Below are positions 42,201 through 57,200 of a stretch of DNA of 64,000 nucleotides, piece by piece. The translations under genes and the position numbers were made by a program. The DNA lies in the NCBI RefSeq assembly GCF_037042905.1, contig NC_087245.1:31064001-31128000 (forward strand), given 5' to 3'. Every line of letters starts with the position of its first letter. Position 1 is the first letter of the stretch. Under the pieces are notes generated by a model. The model was not told where the DNA came from. It did not search any database and was given only the letters and a program-made list of their open reading frames with translations. This stretch comes from Lytechinus pictus. Taxonomy: Eukaryota.

Positions 42201-45200
42201 TTCATATATTATAGCATTAAGAATTCACTGTAAAATTAAGAAGATTCTTACAAGTATAATAACAAAACTATTCAATAAAATTATAATTTAGGTATGAATA
42301 TTCATGATTTATTAATGTCCATCAATGATGTAATATTGTTCTTTCACTATGAAATATGTAACTGTTTTGAAAACAACTATGGATATATCACAATAGACAT
42401 AAAACAACTCTGCACAATATCAAATGAGCATTTCGCATTCGTCTTGCATACTCAAAAGAATCGGGATATATACAAAAAACAAAAGAAAATAGACACATTC
42501 CAAAATAAACCATATGAACTTTGATACAGGTCATCATTTCTCCCTGGCTGTGTTTGAACAAATCCAGAAAAGTGATTTCGCAATGAAATGGAAATAATGC
42601 AAGTTGGGAGAACTGGTCATTTGGAGGGGAAAAAATGTCTTTTATTTGTTGACATTCAGTTGGATGATGAAAGATGGAATAAGCATGTACATGTAATTGG
42701 TGAGAATTTTTCTTTTTCTTACTCACATACAGTGACCTGTGACCCAATTTTGAAGCATTCACGAAGGAAGCTGTGTTGGAAGCCAAATTCACAATTTGAC
42801 TCGAAAGTATACATAAAAGTGTGAGCGTATTGAGCATGAGGGTCTAGCCATATCAACTAGACTGTCAACTGATTTTCACGGCTAAACCCCGGAACAATGC
42901 ACTCATACTTACTATCGATGGTCACTTTGCATTTGGTTTCGGTCCCGTCATCGAACTTGACCTTGTACTCGCCCTTGTCGCCGGGGCCGATGTCGTAGAC
43001 CGTGAGCTCGATCTCGCCCTTGGCGGCCTTCATGCGGCACTTCTTGCTGGGGGCGATCTCCTTGCCATCTTTGAACCACTTGGGCTTGGTGCCCTCAAAC
43101 TTGGCCTCGCACATAAGTTTCATGCGGCCCTCCTTCTCGTTGACCTTGACATCCTTCAAGGGCATGACAATCTGGACAGGCTACAGATTAAACACATTAT
43201 CAAGTGATGAAGAATGAATATCTCAAATAAAGGATTGGAAAATGCTTATATTTTTTCAATTTAGTTTCGTCATTATGTTGAAAATTACAAGATACTGAAT
43301 ACACACGATGGCCTTTGACACAATAAAAAGAAAAATGAAATTAATAATAGGTTGAAGAAACGGTAGAGGATGTGCTGAATGTCCAAGGCATTTATTATGG
43401 TGAATCCTTACAATTTCTTTGGAATATATTCAAGTGAGAATGAAACAAAATGATATGAATTAAACTGAATATCTTTATTACTGGTCTGTGTTAGGAAACA
43501 TGGTCATTATTACTGATGTGTTACTGCTTTAAAACATTTCCATTGCTTTAATCATACAGAAAAAAAAAATGTTACCTTAGCCTTCAGTCCAGGGGTCTCT
43601 TTCAAGTCACCCCAGTCCGGTTCCGCGACCTTGGATTCCCTTCTTTCGACCTCCCTAAAGAGATGTCAGAACAAAGTGAAAATACTGAAGACCCTATACA
43701 ATAAATATACAATATTATATCAATAGAAAGCTGTAACGATGCTCATATATATAGTTTGCTGTAGTTAGTAGTCTACAGTGCTGATACTGTTGTTGTTGTT
43801 GTTGATGTTGTAAGTGTGAACTATAATAGTTTTGATGTTGTTGGTGACAATGTTATATTTTTTTTTTCTTTCTTAAATGTTATATTTGATGGCTATAGTT
43901 TTGATGATATAGTATACAAATATATCAGGCTTTGAGAAAGTATAGTGGGAATTATTTATCCGAGGATGGACTGGCAATAACTATTTTTCCCGAGGGGAAA
44001 ATAGTTACATTGCCAGTCCAACCAAGGATTAATAATTCCCACTATGCTTTCGAAAGAAACGCCTGATATATTTGTTTTATATCCCTCTTAAACTTTGTGG
44101 ACCTAGTCCTTGCTTATTTTTAACCAATCTCGACCAAATCTAACGTTGCCGGACCTAGCCTTCCTCTCTAACGTTAGGCCTGTCGAGCTAATTGCTAGAC
44201 AGTTCATGGGTAGGCTGCGCGCGGCTTCTACCCGACAGCACTTAATGAGAGGTCCGCTGCGCTGCGTTGGCCGTTGCTAGCTGCAGACTGCAGTGGCACT
44301 CAAAATGAATAGGCCTACCGGTACGCGCAGTTAAAATGTATGCTCTAAAAAATTAGTATCGGATCTTGACTCACCTTGTTAGGTATGTTTAGTCCATATT
44401 AAAGGATCCTGTATGAAAGGCCGTCGGAATTAAATTTTCTGCATTGTAATCTAGACCCAATTCCACACTGTTTTTCAGATTGTCGGAACGTTAATTTGGG
44501 CGAGAGCTTGTATTTTACTTTATTTACTTTTTGCGGATGATCGATTTATATCTGGGTCAAGTCAAGGAGCAAGCGCAATTTAAAGCTGAGAGAAAATATC
44601 GAGCATGAGCATGCGCAGTTATGCCCATGAAAGTATATCGAAAAATATACGGAGCTACAAGAAAACTATACGGAGCTAATTGCAGCGATGTGTTTTCCTA
44701 TTGAAATTATACTTTGTCACATGATCATGAATTGACCAAACATTTATTTAAAATGCTCATGAATATTCATAAGAGGGATATAATTGCTAATGTTGTACAT
44801 GTACATGTAGACAATGGTGTTGATGTTGTTGTTAACAAATGTGTAGTTGTAGACAATAATGCTGATGTTATAGTTGCCAATGTTAGTTTTTAGATTATAG
44901 TGTTAATGCTGTTACTGTCATGTTGATGCTATAGTTGTCAATGTTATTTAATAGACTATAGTGTTTAATGGTGTCAAGATCAATATTATAGCTATAGACT
45001 AATGTTGGTGCAGTTGTTGTCAATGTTATACATGTAGGCGTAGACTATAGTGATGATGATGTTGCACATGTTGTACGTGTAGACTATGTATTATCTGCAG
45101 AATAGTGCTGAAACTGTTGGTTCCAATGTTGTAGCTGTAGCTGTAACTGCAGACTATAGCCTACTGTTAATATTGCTGTTGTTATTGTTGTAACTGCAGA

Positions 45201-48200
45201 CTAAAGTGTTGATGGTGTTGCTGCTTATGTTGTAGCTGATATTGTATCTGTTGACATAGTAACTGATATTGTATACATTTCATAATAACAAATAATATTT
45301 AATGTTAGGTGCTTCAGGCGCTCCTATATTACCCTGGCTAAGCTAGTCAACCAAATCCGATATTCTCACAGTTTTTTTCCTGCCAGTACCCATTTACCTC
45401 ACCTGGGTTGAGTGCAGCACAATGTGGGTAAATTTCTTGCTGAAGGAAAACACGCCACAGCTGGAAATCAAACCCACATCCCTGTATTTTTTCATCTATT
45501 CTCACCTGTGTTTGAGAAGAGCCCTAAAGTCCAGTTCATCAGATTGTGCTTTCTCTGTAACAGGGATTCAATGAAATTCATAACATGTAAGTTTCAAGTT
45601 TTTTTGCAAACGCATTTCATTTTAAAAGAGAGACAGAAAAAGCTGTCGAACAGAGAGAAAAAGTAAAGACCATGTACTGCAAAATTAGCATATGGCATGG
45701 CCAAGGTATGTCCCATATGTTCAGAGTACCCTTAAACATTGTAAGCAAGTGTTGGTCTTGGCCCCGTCTTACAAAGACTGTCGATTGATCCGATCAACCT
45801 CAAATATATGGAAATCCATCAATGTCATAATTTTTTCTACAGGAAATTTGCACGATGTCCTTTGCAAACAAAGTAAAGCACACTGAATCATCAAGAAAAC
45901 GATGCATGTATGACTATACATCATAAGTATAGAATAATTTGAACAAACAAGCATTTTCGATTTTGATATTGCTGGCTTTCGATTGTTGTGGTTGCTCGGA
46001 TCAATCACAACTCTCAATATTTAACCCACTATTTATGCCTTTGAAAACGAACCAATGTGCATCAGGAAAGTCGACTTGGGTCACGTTTCATAAAGAATTG
46101 TTGTAATAACTAATTAACAATTATTTTTATAACAAATTCAATATCAGCCAATAAAATTGAACGATTTCAATAGCTTTTAACTGTCATTGCACATTTGTTA
46201 TTAAAACAGGTTTAATAAAAGGCCCTAGAAATTCCTCTTTCCAAGTAATCAGGTAAAAACTCTGATGAACAAGAATTATATGATTAACCATCTATATTGT
46301 TGAAAATGCAAAGATTTGAAATGGACATTTTAAAAATGAAAATTTAAATATGATATTTGTTTACTTTAAGCTCTAATTGAGCTAACAGAAAACACAAATT
46401 AAAGCCATGGTCACCAACTTATGGGGCGATATACCTTGGCCTTGCCCACATGTAGAAAAACAAACAATTATTCCAATTGAACAAATTAAAGTAACTTACA
46501 AATTTAATACATTAATCCACTGAAAAACAATCCAAAATCTATTTTGTTTAGAACATCTTTGAATATTACACAAGAAAATATAGCAGTGGGGAGCAAGAAA
46601 AAATTGTCCATATTGTTTGGCAATATTTTCTGAGCCCCCCTCCAAAAAAAAAATCTACTTTGCAAGAAATATAACAAGATCTTGCCAAATGAAGATTTGA
46701 CAAGCAAATAAAAAAGGAAAAATAGGGGATTATTTTTAACCCATAAGGAGGTATTTCCTTATATTATTTCAACAGATCATCCAGACAGATTTGCCACTGT
46801 CATATCACATAACCTTTTCTCACAATCCAATCAAATATCAGAGGGAATCCAAGTTTGTCAGGTAAAAGAAAACAAATCCGACAAATCTGGAAATCAGGAC
46901 ATGGTTTAACCAAAGAGCCTTTGCAAATAGCCATCTTTTTCTATCATCAATTCATCATGATATGCCCGGAAGATTTCTTGTTATAATCTATTATGAATGT
47001 AAATTGCATAACTTATAAATATTCATACAAATTGCGACATGTATTTAAGAATAACAATTTCTGTCATGATCGAGATAAACAGATAATTTGAGAAGTGATT
47101 GCACAAATTAATTATGTCACAATTATTCATTGTCACATCATTGACATATATGTCACAATTATATATGTCACACAGTTGAAAATAAGTTTACAAACAATTA
47201 CTTCATACATGTAGGGCATCTCATAACAAATCGGTGGTAAGAATGACTTTCATTGCAAAGGCCTTTGTGAAACGAGATTCTGTTCATGGCCCTATTTTCA
47301 CAAAACTTTTACAATACAAGATACTGGGAAGTTTATTGCTTAATTCATTGTGCTGATATTCGTCATTTTGTTCATAATACAGGGGAAAATCCAATCGTGA
47401 AATGGTGTTCAAGTTGTCGCAAGAAATGTGAGGATGGTGTATCATACCAAATCTTGAAACTACCTTGAAATTTTTACTCGGAAATGTAGATTTATTTCTG
47501 TTTTTCATCATTCTTTATTTGTCTGATTTTGCTAAACAATTTTAATCTAATTATTGTATACTTATAGTTAGGGTGTTTTTCTTTTAATTACAACAGAATA
47601 CAACAATCTATTATCAATAAATATGTTTTCATTCTTAAGAAGATTTTTTTCCTGTATTTGTCAAACTATAAGTTTGCTACATGTATAATCATTGAAACAT
47701 ACTTGTTTTACATGTAGATCCCCCCAAAATGACTGTGTGCTGGAGAGTTTATGCTTAACTTTCTAGGTATGTGCGATGGTAGGCACAATTCTGTTGTATT
47801 TCTTTCATATGGTTGGCCTATATTCTTTATACCATTACTTGGAAAAAATATCAGATTCGTTTCTATCCCTCATGTTTCTTTGGCTGCATTTCTGGAAATA
47901 AAAACATTTCCAGCTGTGTAGCCAAAATGTTTGAATGTGGAATTTTTCTATGACTATTAAAACAGACGGCCAAAACCAGAGGGAAGTTAAAATCAACTCA
48001 TCTTAAAGAATATAAACAATGCTTATATTTGCAGTCGCATTCAATGAATTTCATTGAATTTTATCTAATTATATGTCAGTAAAAAGAAGATGCTGATTTG
48101 GGCACAAGCTTGAATTTTTAGCATTTTTCAATATATTTCTTTAGTAGGAAGACCGTTTGGATATAATGTATTACAATTGTACAAAAAAATCAACATGGTA

Positions 48201-51200
48201 TAAAAGGGGTATGGTGAGCGAAATTAATTGATCAAATTGATTTGTTTAGGTTCAGTCTTCAATTTGTAGTAACTGAAAATAACCAATGTATAAATGTCAG
48301 GGAATTTCAAATTCAGGTATGGCTAGAAAGAAAATTAAAATTCTGAATGACTAATAAAAAAATTAGTTCCTACTGCAAGGATTATACAACGAACACAAGA
48401 CATATCCTTTGAAATGCAAAATATAAGTGTGGATTTATGTCGGAAATATTTTTTTTAATGAGAATCTTCCTTGAAATCTGATGCACAAATATCTCTATAT
48501 ATAGTAAATATATGTATGTTTTGAGAATGTTCTAATATAATATTTTGTAATATACATTTCAAAAATATTTCACAAAGTGCAGATTATTATCCAGATACTG
48601 GACAAAAAAAAATGTTGATGATAAAATTGGATTAAAATGTCATCATTTTTATCAAGAAACAGTTTTTACAACAATCATGGAAATATAACTTTATCTTTTT
48701 ATATGATAAATACAGTTCATCCAAAGGGGCGGATCCATTCACTTCAATCTCTATTTTAAACACACTCGATAGTCCCATTCATTCTTGCATAAATTTGCAT
48801 GAATTTGCAAAAACGTTATATCTATAAAAAAAAAACAATGATATATCAAAGCATTAAGAGAAAATCCGAGCAAAACTTGCATTTCCGAAAGATGCCAAAG
48901 TCAAATGAGGGAATGGGGGGAAATGGAGAGGGGAAATTGCTCAATTCCAGCTTTTAAGTCCTTGGTGCAAAAAAAGACGCTTTCAGAGTGCTTTCAAACC
49001 GTTCTTGCTTTTGATCTGGGTTGAGCATGCTTAAAATAGTAATTGAAGCAAGGGATAAAGTCTGATAGTAGCTGAGCAAAATAGGAGAGACATGTAAAAC
49101 CAAGGCATTTTATAATAAAACAAAGAAATGTATCTGGTCATGTAGTGTTTTCTTATCATTCTTTTCTATTCAATTTAATTCAATTCAATACTCTTAAGCC
49201 CCCATCACACTTATTCCAAATCAAGCAGAATTGGCCTGAATGAAAGGACTATTGTTTGACCACCAGTTGGTCATTTAAATCTACTTTAAACACCATTAAA
49301 AAATACCCCTCAAATGTTTTGAACATGACCAAAACCTTCGGGACAGCCAAAAGAAATGACAAAAATATTTCGAATGCACTCAGAATGCAGTCGGAATATT
49401 TAGAATGCGCCTAGAATGTCCAAAAATGTAGCACGAATTATCAATCTGAATCCATTGCAGTTCATTTTGACTAGTGTATGATGATTCACCTGGTCAATTT
49501 ACTGAATTTCAACTCCAGTTTGGTGAATTCATAAGTTCTTCCCAAAAATTCTTAGATTTTTTAAATATTTTTTTCGTCCAACTTCTGCTTGATTCCTGCT
49601 GATTCCGAATAAGTTTGATGGGGGCTTTACTTTAATTAAAGATTAAATAACAAAAATAACAGTGTTTGTATTTTCCTGCTTAATGCAAGCTCTTAGCTAT
49701 TATTCCCTACATCTTGGACATTTCCAGAAGAAACTTAGCCAATTACTTTAGACCTCAGTTAACTCTTTTTGCATTAAAGTGAGATCATCCTACATGTAAT
49801 TACGAGTATCTTCGGGCTTAAACTTGGACCACCAAATTGCAAGAAAATGTGCAGACATGACTTGAATAGGGGATAACTACTCCGCTTAATCAGCCAATCA
49901 AACGCAATAATTTTAATAAAGACATGTCTAGAATTGAATAGGTATGAACAAGACCTCAATGCAATTCAAACCAAGGTTTTACATGTACGTGTCTCTCTCT
50001 CATAAAAAAAATGTAAACTACAATCTTTATTCATTTTATAAAAATATATGAGGGGTTTTTTTTAGGAGATACAAAATTAAGAATAATCCACCTTGAGATC
50101 AACATAATTTACATAAATAGATTAAAGTTAAGAATTTGAATTAGATAAGCAAATTTTAAAAAGATTAATCAAAACCGAATGAAAAATAACGAATTCATTG
50201 CATTTTTATGCTCTACAGCAATTTGTGAAACACATTTTTGTTTTCCATTTAATTATATGAAATCATTCCTTTATTTCACAGATGTACATGTACTTTGGTT
50301 TAATATGTTCCTTGTATAAAAACAATTAATAATGAAATATTCAAAATAAATTTTGTAAAACATAAGAAAAGGAAATGGGATATAAAATGCCATCATTAGC
50401 TCATGTATTAGGAAATAGCATCTCTTATATTTCTTTAATGAAGGAATGTACAATAAAAATGGTGGAGCTCGTATTTTTCCTCTATTTTTTTTTGTTATTT
50501 CATGCAATGTTTAATTTTACTCTATTTACAAATCAGGTTCTCAGAGTGAATTTTTCTTGTAAGGTAAAGGTCCAAAGAAACATTTCATATAAGTATCGAT
50601 CATTTGTATTTTTTTTTCTAAAAGTGCTAAAATTCAGGGTGGGTTATGCAAGATCATTGTTTTGAATTTATACTATAAGAACACTTTTCAGTAGTCTTTA
50701 TTGCTTTGAGGCAAGATACATCATTCATGAATAAACAATATTGAAATTTAGGATTTTGGATGAAATAATCGATAAGTTGCGTAAACATAAAATGAACATG
50801 ATATTATCATTTTCATTCTGTAATTGATGTCTCAAAACTCTAACTGATGTGGGTTGTTATCATTATGAAAATTTTTATCATAAAAATAAAATTGAAATGC
50901 TACGATGAATGATCTATTCCTTAATAATTCAATTTTCAACAGTAATGTAACAGATCTCAACACCTAAATTCATTTAGACATAATTGTAGTTTGCTAGATA
51001 AACACAGGAAGTCTAGACAACCTCATTTTTGCATCTTGTCGAGGGAAAACAATAAACACTACTGAAAAGTGCAAGCAATTTATCAACTGACAATGAACGC
51101 CCGACTGGGGGGCACTGTTGCGATTCAAAACAACAATCCATATACCTCTGTTGCCTGCAGGCAGGGTGTGGTAGTGGTGGTGGTGGTAGTGGTTAAAAGT

Positions 51201-54200
51201 TGGGTGGTTGATGCATCGAAGGGCATAGAACAGGCGGGGCAAGTATCAGGGGAGAGGGTGGAGAGAGAGAGAGAGAAAGAGAGACAGGAACTCGGCAGTC
51301 AGTCATCTTGCACTTCATGGTGAGGGAAAATTGAAACTTGAAAAGAAAGTCATCAAGATGAAAATCTTGAGAATTATCATTCTTTTATCTCGGTGCGAGT
51401 GTGGATGAAGTGCAGATGAAAGGATGGAATGAGTGATGAGAGTACAGGTCATCAATCGCATTCAATGGAAAAGGAAAGGAGATGATGTGGAGAAATGAAC
51501 GTGAGATGAGAGAATGCAAGATGGATCTTCGGATGATGACGGTGAGGCATGAAAGGATGAATACCCCGGTAATGAGGATGAAACCTACTACCGTATCTGA
51601 TCATAACCTCTATAAGTGCCCCCCCCCCCATGTCAATACAAACCCATCTTTTTCTCAAAATAAAAACTAACTTGTCAAATCTTTAAACACATGTTAACCC
51701 ATAATTGAACCTTCTCACTTCTGTCTAACTATTCCTTTAATATTTTCATACCATTATCACAGAGATCCCAAGTGATCTAGGTAAATAATAATTCCATACT
51801 ATTACAATTATGATTACTAAAAGTTACATGTATGACTAATTTTTTAGCCTTTTCTAGATAATGATCTTCAAAAGAATTCTAGAAGTCGTCTGATAATCAT
51901 TCTTCCTTTCTCTTTTAAGCACTTTTGATTATTTTAGGAAAATGGATTTTGTGTAAAGAGGTGCAGATGCCGGTAGAAGTTGTTTGTTTAACAAGATATC
52001 ATATTCAATATTACCAACAATTATACTTCTGTTTTTCCTGATCCAAACTTTATTAAGACCAGTAGATCTTGAATAACTGATTAGGTAAAAAAATTGATTT
52101 CTTGGAGTAAAGCTGTCACGATCTTAAGTTTATCAAGAGCAAATCTAAATAACAGATTTGATTACTATTTTTTTTTTTTTGGAGTAAAATTTTTTTGACA
52201 CTGTAATTATAAATGAAAGAGACACACGTTTTATCAGCATTGCCATATGAGATATATTTTTTTTCAGTTGAGCAATACTGAAGTAAATTCCTTGCTTACA
52301 ACTTAAGAAATTAAGCTTTAATAAATCGATAAAAACAATGTTTTTCAATCTCTTTCTCAATTGCTTAATGAATGTTTTCTCGAACTAAGCCAGATAACAA
52401 AACATATCCCAAACATGATACACCCAGTCAATGGGAAGAATGAAATTAAATTGCCAGTTTTAATCAAAGACACAATTTCAAACGGCTTGGTGCTTTAATG
52501 TTAAGGAGTTTTGATTTGTTTTGTTTGAACAGTTACATACACCTGAACAAATATCTTAAGCGTTACAAAACAAAACTTTTATTTACTGCTATTCTTTCAT
52601 GATCTGGAAAGTTCTTCATAAAAACCGTTATCAGTGAATTTCACTGACTAATTTACTCTCAGCCAATCAGATGCAAGGATTTCAGTAGCTTATAACAAGC
52701 CTAAAGGTTTTGTTTCATGAAATGCTACCCAATTTCATTTCCAATGTCTCTGCATAAATGAATTAAAGGTAAAGTCCATCCCAGAAAAATGTTTATTTGA
52801 ACAAATAGAGGAAATTCAATCAATCTTATTTTACATCCTATTTTGATGAAATTTTCAGTGTTATGCTTGTTGGATTTTTCTCTTTTTATTCAAATCAACT
52901 TTTTGTTGGGGTGGACTTGTCCTTTAAAGAGATTGAAATTCATGTTAGGATTTCTGTCTGTTAAAATCCTTAATGAAACTTGATTTGACAAAGCGCAAAG
53001 TGCAATGACAGATGTGCTGAAGGAGATATGAAATTGAAGATAAATGGAAATGGGAAAGTGTGAAATGGAATTATGTGTGCTTGTGCTGGTGCAAATAATT
53101 CATTTAAAAATAAATTACTAATTATTTTGAAGAAGAAAAAAACTTTAACAAGTATACATCAATTCTATAGTCATAATATACAGATAATAATCAACAATTT
53201 GAATGTATATCTTCCTCATAAAGATAAATATTGTGTCAAAACTGAATACAGGTTGTTAGAAATATTGATTACAATTTTTGACTTCCACTTCAAATACTTG
53301 AAAAAACTTGTAACTTTCGTATTTACTGAGACAAAAACTCTTGTTAGGTACATGTACATCTACATTTACACTAGCATGTATGTTGAACTGCATCCTATAT
53401 GGCATGTAAAAATGGGTCCATCTCACAAAGATTTGCAATTGATCCAATTGATTTCAACTATGGAAAGCCAATGATCCCAACATCTAGAATAGATACATCC
53501 ATTCAAAGTGTTGTTGCGCATGACGCATCAGTGTTATTGGTATCAATAGATCTCCATAATTGAAATTGATTGGATCAATCGCAACTCCTTGTAAGACAGG
53601 GCCCTGATGTATGTGGAAAAAAAAAATGTATGAGGATGTGTTTACACAGTAAGGATTTACACAATGAAATAATAAACCAATGTATGATGATAGTGGATAT
53701 TGGATCAAAAAAACAAATCAATGGGAAATGAATATGTATGAATGAATGAATGAATGGATGGAGAAACATCGGCATGGAATATACTGACACGATGTAGTTT
53801 CTATGAAGCTAATCTCACTAAGCCAGCCATTTTTTATAACGTAAACAAATCAAATGCTTATTCCTCTGCTCAGTGCCTGTTACTAACCATTCTAAACGCC
53901 AATCACAGAATTTCACTTTGTTTATTGATATTTTTTTCTTTGTAAAAGGTGACTAAAATCATTCATACTTAGGCACTGCATAAAGTCATATGCATTAAAT
54001 TTGATTACAGAACAAAACTGACCATTTTGAACAATCCAATAACTTCTCCAAATTTTGATAGATAGTCTGTAATACAATTTGGCTCTCAACAAAAATAAAT
54101 ATAAAATCTTCCTGCTTCATTTTTAAGTTTTAATTCTTGAAGAATTCTTTGGACCATCTTCAAGGCAAAGCTGGAATTATTTTGTCACCCTCTAATAGTA

Positions 54201-57200
54201 TTTTTCAGTAAATCAAAATTAACAAAATTATAATCTATCATTCAGAATGAAAACCCAATTTTGTTCATGGCAAATGATTTATTTTATTTTCATATCAAAG
54301 ATAAGTTATTGGATTGTATCTTTGATGTTTATGAACCCGCGCTTTACAACAGCACCAAAAAAAAATCCAGTAAATCACCATAATTTTTCCCTCCACTTCA
54401 AGCTTCGTGATCTACAAAATCTACGATGTCTGCAAAGCTGCACTTTGAAACCCCCGAGTCACTATTCGCTACATCTGTGACACAACTGGCACGTTACTCA
54501 CCAATGTTTATATGACATTACATTCTCTCATAGCGGTTTGATAATTTACAGATTGGGGCAACTGGCTTATCAAAATGGGCACAATGGTCATAAAAATGAA
54601 ATCATGGTGTCCTGGAAAAACTCAGGTTTAATTAATTTCAATATGGTGGTGGAGAATAGTTGTTTTACACTTTCTTGTTAAATAAAGACAGCATTTGCAT
54701 CACGTGTGTCACTCAAGTTAGACATACATACTAGGGAGGATTAAGAATCTGACTTCAAAAAAATTAAGGAGGCACTTTGCTCTTAATTTTGCAAAATTCA
54801 CTCTTGCAAAAAGGGATAGTCACTTGTTTAATTGACAAAGAAGCTAAACGAGAAGACAATAAAAGCTATAAGAATTGTATCTAGAACAGTAGAGTAGCCA
54901 CAAAAACAGCTTAATGTATAAAGGCTACACAACATGTTTACAACACATTGACATTTGACAACGAATAAGTTCAAAAGAAATTTTTGTTCAAATTCTAGAT
55001 TTTTTCTAAACAATAATTTCAAGCTGACACCACAGATGCAAAAAGATGTCTTTTAACAAGAAAATGAACGTAAATGTTGACCTTAAGATTTAAGAGTCTT
55101 CAAGGTTTCTGACCAACCATTCCTCCACCATCACATTAGAAAGAATCACTTTGAAAGCATTGTACCTTCTCCTTCTTCATCCTCTTCCCCTTCGACTGAG
55201 AGATGGTGGTCAATCGTCGGAATGCAAATGATAAAAAGATGACATCAGGGCCGCCTCGCAAAATAATTAAACTTGGGATTGATAAGACAAAACTTGGGGG
55301 TGGAGAAAGAATAAAAGGGGGGGTGGAAACTCTTTTTCTTTTGCATTTCCGTTTTGCTAGTTTTTGGTGCCACATTGTGCTGGTAATAAAGTGCCATGGT
55401 TGCCGAAGCCGGGCGGCATGAGCAATGTGCTGGTGAGACGTGATCACAAGGGGTTCGACGGGTAGGATCGGAGGTCTGATGGGATGGGAGGAGGTGAAAT
55501 CATAGTAAATGAGTACGGGAAAATGAGGAGAGGGCGGGAAAGGGATGATGGGTAACTGTTATTAGGGGCAAGACCGGTATTAAGTGATGCCACATTTGCC
55601 TTGTTCAAAAGAAACAAAACGTTGCCATTCTCTGAAAGCCCTTGTAATCCTTGGGATGGGTTGGGTCATACGTCAACCGAGTTGCGATACAAAATTTGCA
55701 GGATGCAACATAACCTTTAAAGCATCGGAGTGCAGAAATCGCTTTTAATCGTAATCCACTCAAAGGGTGGATTTTTTGCGTGTGTGATGTATACAGGTAT
55801 GTGTATGGGTGACATTAGAATGGTGTTTTGGGGACAGACAAGTACATTCTGACATGATTTTAATGAATGTGATCACAAGAGGTGATATGGCATATATACA
55901 AAAATGGTAGTTGAACAGAGATGAAAGATTATAACTTGTATAAAATTACAAACAAATCACATCAAAGATTTGATACAAAAAGGTTTGATTCTAAAATATG
56001 ACGGACATTTTGGTGTGTGCGTTAATGTATTTACCAACATGTTCTATGGCCAAATATAGTTCACAAAGATTTTACTTTGATTGCTATGGTTATAAATTCT
56101 GTATTTCAAAGGTGTAGGTTTATTCATTAAATATTCTTTAATCTGTAAGAATGACATAGTTCTTTGGACAGCTTTCAGATATTTAACTATCCCTGATCAA
56201 GTCCCAAGCTCTTTTTAACAGATAATTATTTTTTCATTAATTTGCCTAACATTACTTTGTGAAAGTAAAAGTAGATAAAATAAAGGAATATTTCTGCTCT
56301 GCGTAATGCTTCATTACATTTCGATCACAGCAATTCCACAAAGCCAGGGTCAGAAAAAAGCTTAGAGAGAAAGATCTCCTTTAAATGAAAAAATACCAGC
56401 AAAGTAGAAGTCAAAAGCATGGAGAAAAAAAAGAGCAACATCAACACCAACACATTTTAAAATATTAATTCCATCAACTCAAATACTATCAGTTATTATC
56501 TATAAGTGACAGGACAAACTCTCAAAACAACAAGAAAAGCTGAGTGTTATTAAAGAAAATAAACAGACTTCAAATCAAATGGCTCCCTCTCTTGGTTAAC
56601 TCCACTTCCGTCCCGACTGAATGTCTACACACTGGATACTTAACAATATTAGAATGATGATTTTGTTATTTTCACAGGGGTTATTATTATTTTTGTGACG
56701 AGTATACTCTTCCAAGCAACTGTGTAGCAACGATGAAGGGTAATTGCGTGTAACTGGTGTTTGGGGTGATCATTGTTAGGTTTTGACATTATTTAAAAAA
56801 AGCACAAATTGAATTGAGAATGATGTTGTGAGAGTACCGGTATACGTTATATGAATGATACACATGTATATCTGTGCACAATGGCGCATTTCAAGAAGAA
56901 TATAAATTGGATGTGTGTATATATAATATGAAAAGAGATTATATAAAGGGATTACTTAATCTGGTGACAACCAATCAGAGAGGGTGCAGAAATTAATTCA
57001 CACTCAAGGCCACACAATCAGATTTATTATCAGCTATAAACAACAATATTAAAACATCAAAAGACATGTATAGATATATATCAAAATTATTTTTAAAAAA
57101 GTTGTAATAATTAGCATCTTTACATATCCTCTGATGGACTATCAAAACATACATCTATAATTATTTCAAAACTTGAGTTAAAATTCATTCATTGTTTCCA

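Noticed and set aside
9720..43217. Many plus-strand ORFs overlapping exons
   Set aside because: Antisense shadows of the GC-richer minus-strand exons
54398..54474. Possible alternative terminal exon (xVANSDSGVSKCSFADIVDFVDHEA*)
   Set aside because: Only an acceptor plus a short open frame; no recognisable motif, compatible with chance
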